This document shows positions 53,925-64,000 of a stretch of 64,000 bases of DNA, piece after piece. The stretch spans positions 78,616,001 to 78,680,000 of the forward strand of contig OZ024742.1 of NCBI GenBank assembly GCA_964016885.1. The letters run 5' to 3'. The position numbers and the translations under genes are program-made. The notes under the pieces are model-generated. The model saw only the letters and a list, made by a program, of their open reading frames with translations. It searched no databases and was not told the origin of the DNA. Position 1 is the first letter of the stretch; every line of letters begins with the position of its first letter. This DNA comes from Eledone cirrhosa (lineage: Eukaryota).

Positions 53925-56319
53925 TTTTAGCACAAAGATGGTGTTAAATATGTTAATATATTCCTATAAAGATGAAGTTAAAATAAATATTCAAATATAT
54001 AAAAGATAGATACCCATGTGATTAGATTGTTCTTTTAATTACTACTGAATATAATATATCAGCAAGACCATGCATGGGTTGGTTTCTGATCAAACAGTAT
54101 TGTCTTTGTACTGGATTAAGTCTCCAGTTTGTAATTAGTGTATATATGTGGGAACATCTTATATAAGTATAAATCGTATAAAATTAATAAAAATAATATC
54201 AAAATATACATACCATAAATAGTAAAGATATTGCCATGTTATATATCCAGTTTAGCTATATATATATATATGGGCATATATTTACATCTGTATATGCTTT
54301 GTATGAGTAAATATATCCTCAGAAGTCAACAAGGATGATCCTGTAATTAAAAGAAAAGAAAGATTTATAAACAACCGTGAATAAATGAAAATGTATATAT
54401 TGAAAAAATTAGTCAATCTATGAACAGCAGTGAATTAGGAGATTTGGTGACATTTACAGTCTTTTGTTTTTAATTAGACTTGGGTCAACACTGATAGAGA
54501 AGTCCTATGTTCAAAATTCATATTGTTTTTTTAGAAGTAATTAAGACATTATCTAGTATGTCCTCTTTTTTAAGACAGTAGATTAAGGTTAGAGGGTATT
54601 GGGGGTTGGGGCAGGGGGTAAGGTGAGGTGTCTAACAGGTCAAGTGTGCACCAGAATGTAGCTAGAGTTTGTGTCATATGAGGTGGTCCATGATTTGCTA
54701 CTCTATACCTGACAATAAACACAATACAATACACATCAATCCTACCTAAACTGTTAAACAATAAAAACTTCTCAAAAAGTGTCATTTGTACTAAACAACC
54801 CCAACTCACATAGCTAACCTTTAGGTGCCTACATAGAAATTCCTTCATTTGATAGAATACAACTTATTAGCAAGGATAATTCCTGACCATCCCATGCATA
54901 ATACAGATAAACTATAATTCAGTCACAAACTGATCAATGCTTTATGAGTGAATTTGGTAGAAAGAAACTATGAAGAAACCTGTTTTTTGTGTGTCTGTGT
55001 GTATGTATGTATGTATGTATGTGTGTGTGTGTGTGTGTATGTATATATGTGTTTGTGTGTTGGCATCAGATAGGGCCTGTGGCTGTAGAAAGAAACATTC
55101 GAACATGCGAGCGATGGAAAAGCAATCATGAAAACGAACATGATTATGAGAGAGAGAGAGAGAATCAATGCATTGTACAAAGTGTGGTTGGTTAGAACTG
55201 TGCAGCCAGAGATAGAACATATCTTCCTCTCTAAATTCCATGACAATACTTTCCTATTCTGTTAATACAGTTCCAACAAAAGGGAGGTGGGAAAAGAAGA
55301 AAAGTGTGGGGAGAGAGAGCAAGAGAGAGAGAGTCATTTCATTGAACAATGGTCTATGGATGTGTATGGACAGTTAAAGCTTTGTGGTCAGAGATGGAAA
55401 AGTCTTCCTCTGCTCCATGTTTCATGCCAATATTTCCTTCTTTTGTGTAATAATTTCCAAATTCATCAACAACAAAAATATGAACGAAATATCAATGTGT
55501 TAATAAATCCATTTAAATATTTCCTCAGGGAATGCTAATATTAAAATTTTCTTTTAAAACCTGTATGTATATGCAAGCGTGTGTATACATGTATATGTAA
55601 TATATATATATATTACTCTGCATATGCGAAAAGGGAGGATTTTGTTTACAATTGCTGATTTCTTTGTCTTTCTTCTGTCAATGACACCCCTCCCTCTATA
55701 ATTTACTAATTCTATATGATTAAAATATACATATAGACAGATAGACACATATATGTGAGTGTATTGTTCTACAGATACACACACATATATATATATATAT
55801 ATATACATATATGAATTACAAAAATATATATGAATTACAAAAAAATACTCAATATTACTGTTTCATGGTGGATTTAAGTGAAATCCTCTAGGGAGAGTGT
55901 TTCATTAAAATTAAAAAGCTCATTAATGAAAATTTCCAAAGTAGAAATAGTCATCTAAAACAGAAAGATAAATTTCATAGCTCCATCTCATCATCTTTAT
56001 CACTTGCCAATTCACATTGTCCATCTCTGTCACTTATACACACAAATTTACACATATGTATAGACGTGCATAAACATATATTTGAAAAGTGATACATATA
56101 TATATATATTTCGTTTCTGAATTTGTTTAGCAAGATTCTTTATCTGAAAACGTGTGTTGAAACCGATATTGTTATACTTTGGGAGGGTCATGTTGCTAAT
56201 AAGAAACACACGCACCAGTTGCTTTCACTTCAATTTATTATAAATTGAATTTATAAATTTAGGAATTTATAAATTTCCGGTTGGTTGGTTGGTTCCACAA
56301 CCAGACGATTGCTCATATA

Positions 56320-56365
56320 TTGTCAAAGTTCTTTCGTCACACATTCTGTGACCTCTTCAGTGATG
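56320..56365 (-). ncRNA. Minimal hammerhead-like motif in the PLE pseudo-LTR
   Basis: Minus strand: UCA-CUGAAGA-G-GUCACA gaaug UGUGAC-GAAAG aa CUU-UGA; decayed copies near 32245-32290 and 42805-42850 (+). Confidence 0.6.
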
Positions 56366-56555
56366 GGATTCTTTTCTTTGTTTTTGTGCCTCTCCTTTGT
56401 TCTGTCTTACGCCATCTTGTTTTTGTTGTGTGCTTAGTTTGCGCATGTGTTACATCCAGGTATCTGTGTGTGTTTATATTTGTTTATTTATTTTTTTATT
56501 TACATGTTACTGGTTGGTTGTTTGTTCTATGTGTGTGTGTGTTTTCATTTTGTCC

Positions 56556-57042
56556 TTAATTGTAAGTTGTGATGTTGCTATTCCATTCATGTTTTCTATT
56601 TAATTTTGGTTGGAGTTCATTTATGTTTATTGCCTCTGTGATTTGTCTAAACATTGCATCTTTTCTGTGTGTAGATTCTATTTTTATTTCTATGTTCTCT
56701 AATTTACCCTTATTATATCTAATGTTCTATTTTAGCATGTTGGTGGAGTACAGATGATTCTTTACTATCTTGAAGCTCTCGCCAGTGTTCATTTATCCGT
56801 TCCCCTATACTACGAGCTGTCTCACCTATGTACACTATATTCTTATCTCTACATTGTCCTTCAGTACATCTTATGCTATATACTACATTTCTAGTTTTAC
56901 AGTTAATATGGGGGCTTAGTTTACAGATTATACATTTCTTATCTATACAGGGAGGTCTTTGAAAGGGGTATGTATTGCTAATAAGTGTTTTTATGGAGGT
57001 ACCTGGTCGTTTTACTATCTTAATATTGAGTTTATGTTTATC
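56556..57042 (-). pseudogene. GIY-YIG endonuclease domain of a Penelope-like element (stop/frameshift near 56720)
   Basis: Manual translation: PPCIDKKCIICKLSPHINCKTRNVVYSIRCTEGQCRDKNIVYIGETARSIGERINEH...VLHQHAKIEH* then, in a new frame, ...FRQITEAININELQPKLNRKHEW. Confidence 0.9.
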
Positions 57043-57050
57043 TATATATA

Positions 57051-57090
<40 letters not shown>

Positions 57091-57092
57091 CT

Positions 57093-57119
<27 letters not shown>

Positions 57120-57123
<4 letters not shown>

Positions 57124-57513
57124 TATTCAAAATATTAACAAATGAAGATATTCACATAATCCAAGTTTTTTCAGAACATCCTTGTCAGATAAAATATATG
57201 ATTTGGTATATGACATACCTCTACAGTCTTGATATTTCAATTCCTGTATTGGCAGGATATTGAAATATCAAGACCGTAGTGGTATGTCATATATCAAATC
57301 ATATATTTTATCTGACAAGGACGTACTGAAAAAACAACACAGTACCTTCAAAATATATATAATAAAGCATATACTTTGATTATGTGAATATCTTCATTTG
57401 TTAATATTTTGAATAATATTAAAAACCCAAGAAAAACTCTATTGTTGAGTGCTTTTAATCTATTGTAAAACTATATTCATTGAGTAATCAATGAACCATA
57501 TTAATCTTTGGTC
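57120..57513. mobile_element. Asymmetric palindromic element in (TA)n
   Basis: Arms 57120-57246 and 57253-57419 (about 40 extra bp in the right arm), right tail 57420-57513. Confidence 0.8.
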
Positions 57514-57543
57514 ATATATATATATAGAGAGATAGATAGATAT

Positions 57544-57768
57544 ATCATCATCATCATCATCACCGCTTTTCGTCCATTCTTCCATGCTAGCATGGCTTAG
57601 ACAGGTTGTCTTGTTGTGGGCAGTGTCGTCTGACCTCGTCTTGCTCATACGGGAACTGATTCTGGCTTGATTTCTACAGCTGGATGCCCTTCCTAACACC
57701 AACCTCATTTACAGTGAGTGCTGGGTGCTTTTTTGCCGTGGCACCTCCACGACCACTTTGCAGTGGAA
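57544..57768 (-). mobile_element. RTE 3'UTR fragment
   Basis: Identity to 5288-5545; (CAT)n tail. Confidence 0.88.
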
Positions 57769-58181
57769 TGATAGGGATCCCAGTCCTATCATCTCATTTC
57801 TACAGCTGAGTAAACTGGAGCAATGTAAAATATAGTGTCTTGCTCACGGAAACAACACATCACCCGGTCCGAGAATTGAACTCACAACCTTTCGATTGCA
57901 AACCCAATGCTCTAACCACTAAGTCATATGTATGTATATATATATAGATTGGAATTATATTATTTAAACTAGTGAGACCATAATTCAGTGGAGTACTCAG
58001 TACTTTGGATAGTAGTGTGTAAATATAGTAGAGTTAGGGCCCGACAGTTGAGCTCTTGCTGTGTCGACTGCAAATTCCAAACTGGAATTTGGTGACTCTC
58101 TACTATATATATATATATATATATATAATAAAGGTGTGGTAAGATACCAGGTGGACCATAATGCACCAGAGTACACTTGGG

Positions 58182-58212
<31 letters not shown>

Positions 58213-58344
58213 GTGAGGTTTTTTTTACAAAATGAAAAATAACCGAGGTGTCCTACACGAGTGGAAGTATAAAGAAAAAGGGATGAAATCGAAAATGCAA
58301 CTGAAGTCTTATTTTTTTTTAAAAATATATATATTTATTTGGTT

Positions 58345-58382
58345 CCTTTACCGGTTTCGCAGTTCTTCTGCTTTTCAAAAGG
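58345..58382 (-). ncRNA. Minimal type-I hammerhead ribozyme (left arm)
   Basis: Exact reverse complement of 59315-59352. Confidence 0.78.
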
Positions 58383-58763
58383 TGAGTTGAGATGGAGGGT
58401 CTGTGGTTTTTCTCACATCTGGTTGGTCTCTAAATGTTACTTGTTTTATATGGAAAAACTGGCTCGAAAACCAGGTTTTTCGAGAAGTAATTTGATTGGT
58501 TTGTCAATAATTATAATAAATTTCGCGCCAGTTCGCGTTACAATAGTTCTTAAAATAAGAGAGGGGGGGAGGGGTTGTCACAGGTTGTTTTTTCATATAT
58601 GAGTGTTTGAATTTCTTTTTACTTATATATATACACACACACAAAAAAAAAATATATTCTCTCTATCTAACATACTCGCACACACACACATAACACCCAT
58701 ATACACACACACACAACTCCCTCCCCCATCTCTACTAATAGAATCATCTTCCAATACACACAT

Positions 58764-58800
<37 letters not shown>

Positions 58801-59314
58801 AGCACACAAATAAACACATATCTTCAGTCTCAATAGAAAATCTGAACTCTGACACCTGAACTCTGACAGCTGGCCATATTCACTGAACCAGAACATTTCT
58901 CCCAATCCCTTTTCCCTTGACCACTATCTCTCCATTGTCATAACATTCACTATAAAGACTACAGAATAGTTTTCCAAATAAGGGCACACAAATTTAATGA
59001 AAACTTGTTCACGTGACAGCCATAATTTCATTTATAACCAACCAAAAAAAAGCCTTCGTGAGCCTCATTTTTTCAAGTAAAAAGAAATTCAAACACTCAT
59101 ATATGAAAAAACAACCTGTGACAACCCCCCCCCCTCTCTTATTTTAAGAACTATTGTAACGCGAACTGGCGCGAAATTTATTATAATTATTGACAAACCA
59201 ATCAAATTACTTCTCGAAAAACCTGGTTTTCGAGCCAGTTTTTCCATATAAAACAAGTAACATTTAGAGACCAACCAGATGTGAGAAAAACCACAGACCC
59301 TCCATCTCAACTCA

Positions 59315-59352
59315 CCTTTTGAAAAGCAGAAGAACTGCGAAACCGGTAAAGG
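59315..59352 (+). ncRNA. Minimal type-I hammerhead ribozyme (right arm)
   Basis: CCUU-UUGAAAA-GCAG aagaa CUGC-GAAACCGGU-A-AAGG: stems I and II pair, stem III is the palindrome ACCGGU, cleavage triplet GUA. Confidence 0.78.
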
Positions 59353-59443
59353 AACCAAATAAATATATATATTTTTAAAAAAAATAAGACTTCAGTTGCA
59401 TTTTCGATTTCATCCCTTTTTCTTTATATATATATATATATAT

Positions 59444-59748
59444 AAAGTGGTCATGTAGGGGTCACGACAAAAAGCGCTCAGGCCACACTGTAAAATGCTT
59501 GTGTAGGTGTCACGACAAAAGGCACCCAGTTCATGCTGTAAAGTGGTCGCATAGGCGACACGCAAAAACACCCAGCACACACTGTAAATGTGGTTGGCAT
59601 TAGGAAGGGCCTCCAACCATAGAATCCAAGCCAAAATCATTTCAGTGTGAGCAAATCACGGTCCCCCGACCAGATGTCTCACAAAGGGACAGTCCATCCT
59701 ACCCATGTTAGCGTGGAAGATGGATGTTAAATGATGATGATGATGATA
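59444..59748 (+). mobile_element. RTE 3'UTR fragment
   Basis: Internal about 40-bp repeats, gtggttggcattaggaagggc, (TGA)n tail; TA-rich flanks. Confidence 0.85.
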
Positions 59749-60058
59749 TATACATAAATATACATATAGTGAAGACTTAGAATCCAGACCACGCACCCAC
59801 AGGTTTTAGCTTATTGTCTCAAGCTTTCTCAAAAGTACCTATTTGGCAATTCCATCATGCCGGATAGGTACTTTGAGTACTTCACTGATTTGTGGTCTTC
59901 CTGGTTTTCATACTGCATAAACTCCACACACACCTGTATATAGTTATTTCTCATTCTTTGTCTTACCCTTATTTTGTATATATGTGTGTATGCATGTGTG
60001 TGAGCATACCTGTTAACAGAATAAGAAAAGAAAGGTTTTATGATTATATATATATAGT

Positions 60059-60278
60059 TGGTGGATTAACTGTATCAGTAGAGCATCGAATAACATGCTT
60101 TATAGATTTGAATTATGTCCTTTTACATTCTGAGTTCAAATCCCACTGAAGTTAGCTTTGCCTTTCATCTTTACAGGGTCGATAAAATTAAGTACCAGTA
60201 AAGTACTGGGGTCAATTTAATTGACTTTTCCCTCCCCAAAAATTGCTGGCCTTGTGCCTAAATCAGAAACCATTATTA
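60059..60278 (+). mobile_element. Family-1 SINE (long 3' variant)
   Basis: Consensus including the ggggtcaatttaattgacttttccctcc segment. Confidence 0.85.
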
Positions 60279-60850
60279 TATGAGGGTGGGGGATTGGAAA
60301 ACCCATTAGAACATCTGATATATATTATGCTGTAGTGCTTTTCCTTATGAACATTTACTTTCTAGGTTCAAATTTTGCTGAGGTCCACTTTGTTTTTCAT
60401 CCGTTCTGGGGTTGGAAGTATTAAATGTGTGTGTGTGTATATTTGTCTGTGAGTGAGTAAGTGTGTATGTGTGTGCATATGTGTGTATGTGTTATGTGTG
60501 TGTGCATTCATGCACATATGTGTGAATGGGATACACTTCAGAACTGTCCATATTTTAACATATATCAGAGTGGCTCTTTTAGAAACTATAAAACTACTAA
60601 TGATAAACACTGTGACTGTGTGTGTACATATATTTACACATACATTTATTTATATGTGTATGAGTGCCTGTATATATGAATTAATATATATCTATAATGG
60701 GAGACAGGGAGACTGTATGTATGATGACAGCAGGGTTTAAGGGCATTGATTATAATGAGATTTTAATTCTAAAAACAAACAAAGGCAGTGGTAAGAGAAG
60801 AATAGGGATATGGAATTATGGAATGATGTTTGTGAGCAAACAGATGAGAC

Positions 60851-60907
<57 letters not shown>

Positions 60908-61114
60908 TTTTTCATTAGTGTGTATATATGCAATATATACATATATATTTGCAAGCAGGGAAAAGCAGACGTAAAATGATGATGATGTTTATATATATAT
61001 ATATACACGATTTTTATTTTATATCTGGTTTTTCATTAATGTGTATATATGCAATATATACATATATATTCGTATTATATATATACACACACACACATAT
61101 ATATTCGTATTATA

Positions 61115-61300
61115 TGTGGATTGGCAGTATCGGTAGAGGGTCGGACGCCATGCTTTCCAGCATAGTTACGTCCCTTTGCGGTCTGAGTTCAAATCCCACC
61201 GAGGTTAACTTTACTTTTCATCCTTATGGGGTCGATAAAATAAAGTACCAGTAATGTACTGAGTAATTGATGGCCTTGTGCCAAAAGTAGAAACAATTAT
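61115..61300 (+). mobile_element. Family-1 SINE (short 3' variant)
   Basis: Full consensus; attatat on both sides. Confidence 0.92.
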
Positions 61301-61314
61301 ATATATACACACAC

Positions 61315-61352
<38 letters not shown>

Positions 61353-61415
61353 CAAGAGATACAGAAACGATTGTTAAATGATATATATATATATATATCA
61401 TCATCATCACGTAAA

Positions 61416-61447
<32 letters not shown>

Positions 61448-61539
61448 ATACACATGTGCGTGTGAGTGTGTGGATGTTTAATATCATATAAATATATAGT
61501 GTGTCAACACAATAGTATGAAAATGTGACAATGAGCCAC

Positions 61540-61606
<67 letters not shown>

Positions 61607-62981
61607 GAGTGAAACATGACTATAAGCACTCAATATTCCACTTTATTAGTTTTTAATTGCTTAATAATCCCTCAGAATCAATATTTAAACACCAACAAGT
61701 GTTCCTATAATTTATATTGTTGCATTTCATCATCAATGTTAGCTTCTTCATTATTAATATTATTATCAGGATAATTATCTTTATCATTCCCACTCATATT
61801 ATTATTATCACAGCTATTATATCAATGAAATAATAACAATATTATTAATAACTATTATTATTATTATTATTATTATTATTAGTTGAATGTTAGGAGATAG
61901 GGGGTTATTATTTAGGTGCTTTTTGTCTTTGTTATTTTTCTATTGTTATTTTTTTCCTGAATAATTTTTTTTTTTTTTTGTTGCTTTTGCATAAATATTA
62001 TCTTTTGAAATTCTTTCCATTAATTTTAGAAACTGTGTGCGTTTGGGATCTGCCTTTTACTGTGTTTCTCTAATGTACAAATTACTTGGTTTTATTGTTG
62101 TTGCTGTTCCTATTCATATTGTTGTTTTTGCTGCTGCTCCTGTTGATGTTATTGTTTTTGATATAGTTTTTGTCGTTGCTGTTGATGATGATGTTTTTAT
62201 TATTTTAACAAGAATAGTATTTTCTTTGCTTTTACAATTCATCTTGCATTGAAAAATTTATATATATACAGTATATGTTTAAAGCCATTCTTTTGCCAGA
62301 ATGACTCATTCAATATTTGACCAACAATGCTTTTTGAAACTCTTGGAAAGATAATCCATTACGAGGTTGCGTATAATGCAAGAAATAGCAGGCATATCAC
62401 TCACAGATAACACTACCATTTCAAGAAGTGAGGGAAAGGTACATTGGATAAAGGTGTTCTAGGTGATGGATCCAACATCACATTTGACAATGAGCATACC
62501 ACTGTCATCTCAACTGAAAGTTATTAAAGTAACATCTAATTATATTTTATTGGCACATGTAGCTTTAATGTAATTTTCAGGCAGAATCTGCATGATAATA
62601 TGTAACAAGACTTGATCTATTAATTACAGGTAAAATCCAGCTGACAGACTTCCACACAATTTCTATCTACCTAATTTCACTCACAGATGCAAGATGCCAC
62701 AGACTGCAGCCAAACCCAGAACCTCATGATTATGAAGTAGATTTCTTCACTACTCAGCTATGTCTGCATCCACAGAATCCTGTATACATTATAACTTGGT
62801 AAATAACAAGATAGTCATTGCTTCATGTGTATCTACTTGATGAAAGACAATCTGGGGATAAACACAGTAACATACTAGTTTTGAAAGAGTGGGAGTATGG
62901 GCCCAAAATGCCCAAGAATGACACACTGCTGAAGATGTGTGCCAAGCAGCCAACATATAATATATATATAAATATATATAT

Positions 62982-64000
62982 ATCATCATCATCATCATCA
63001 TCATCAACGTTTAACGTCCGTGTTCCACGCTTGCATGGGTTTGGACGGGGGTAGTCCCACTTGAGGCAAGAGTGATTGTCTTGCTCGCATAGGACTGTCT
63101 GGCAGGTTTTCTACAGTTGGATGCCCTTCCTAACACCAACCACATTTACAGTGTGGGTCTGGGAGGTTTTTACCGTGTTGCCTACACGGCCACATTACAG
63201 CGTGGACTGTGTGTTTTTTTGTCGTGACACCTACACGATCTCATTTGTTTCGGCCCGGATGGCGCGGCACCAACATAACTTTACATAGGACGGGGTGGTG
63301 TGGATGGGGTGGGGGTGGTGGTGGTGGGACGGGGTGTATTTTGTTAGAGATGCCTACTGGCAAGGCGGGTCTTCTCTGTTACTGAGTACCGCCAAAGGTC
63401 TCGGTCCAGTGACATTGTCTTGGAGAGGTGTAAGTGTGTGAGGTCGGAGTTTATCAGCTCGTCCCAGGTTTTTCTAGGTCTGCCTATTCCGTGGCTACCG
63501 TCTATCTTTATTGCCCTGCACTTTGTTATACAGCTATCGACTTTCATGCGCATCACGTGTCCATACCAACGTAGCCTTCTCTCGAGTAAACAACATCTGA
63601 TCCCTCTTATCTCTAATTTTTTCCTTAGTTCGTTTATGCTTTGCCGTTCACGTATATTACTGTTACACATCCAGCGGAGCATGCAAGCTTCGTTCCTCTC
63701 TAGTCTGCGTATATCCTCTGCACACAATGCCCAGGTCTCACTGCCATGCAACATTGCTGTTCGTATGCAGGCATCGTACAACCTGCCTTTCATTTTTAGG
63801 GAGAACCCTTTAGCAGCTAATAGTGGTATAAGCTCTCTGAACTTTTTCCAACCAGTTCTGACTCTAGCTACAGTACTTTCAGAGCACCCTCCCCCACTGC
63901 TGATTTTATCGCCCAGGTAACGGAAGCTGTCCACTATTTCTATAGAACCCTCTGCGCAATTGAAAGAGCTAGTATTGTGTGGGCACTTGCTGCTACTTAT
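62982..64000 (-). mobile_element. RTE LINE copy, same subfamily as 19164-21594, running off the window end
   Basis: ORF 63344-63934 is nearly identical in protein to the C-terminal part of 20231-21199; 3'UTR and (CAT)n tail. Confidence 0.95.

Larger units (their letters stand above)
56109..57042 (-). mobile_element. 5'-truncated Penelope-like element (GIY-YIG end plus pseudo-LTR), inserted in (TA)n
   Basis: GIY-YIG coding remnant followed by a hammerhead-like motif; (TA)n at both ends. Confidence 0.88.
58207..59428. mobile_element. Non-autonomous element with 355-bp inverted arms, one-sided tail and hammerhead ribozymes (Penelope-like architecture)
   Basis: Arms 58268-58624 and 59075-59428 near identical; tail 58207-58267; (TA)n on both sides. 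Confidence 0.88.

Noticed and set aside
58339-59358. Pair of convergent 87/89-aa genes
   Set aside because: Mirror ORFs from the inverted arms, antisense to the hammerheads, with no protein motif.
63289-63336. G-quadruplex-like tract
   Set aside because: It is the complement of the variable C-rich start of the RTE 3'UTR, with no independent evidence of function.

Overview
AT-rich, repeat-saturated animal DNA. The repeat families and microsatellite load look like a cephalopod (octopus-type) genome, but that is inference from recall, not a database result. I found no convincing host gene, rRNA, functional tRNA or CRISPR array, and almost all ORF-track entries are microsatellite or tandem-repeat artefacts. 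The recognisable content is mobile DNA: a 2.4-kb 5'-truncated, frameshifted RTE-clade LINE (RT with an inserted PHD-like finger, (TGA)n tail) plus more than 10 shorter copies; many tRNA-derived SINEs; hAT-, Tc1/mariner- and TTAA-type MITEs; decayed BovB-like, CRE-like and CR1-like LINE fragments; an 842-bp TGT...ACA foldback element with a 4-bp TSD; and several minisatellites. The most interesting signal is a Penelope-like-element (PLE) system. A GIY-YIG endonuclease remnant missed by the ORF track (56556-57042, minus) carries a hammerhead-like motif downstream. About seven unrelated 'asymmetric palindromes' (inverted arms plus a one-sided tail) sit in or next to (TA)n-type tracts. One has a complete minimal hammerhead ribozyme with a U3-A8 compensatory core in both arms; another has back-to-back tRNA-like heads.
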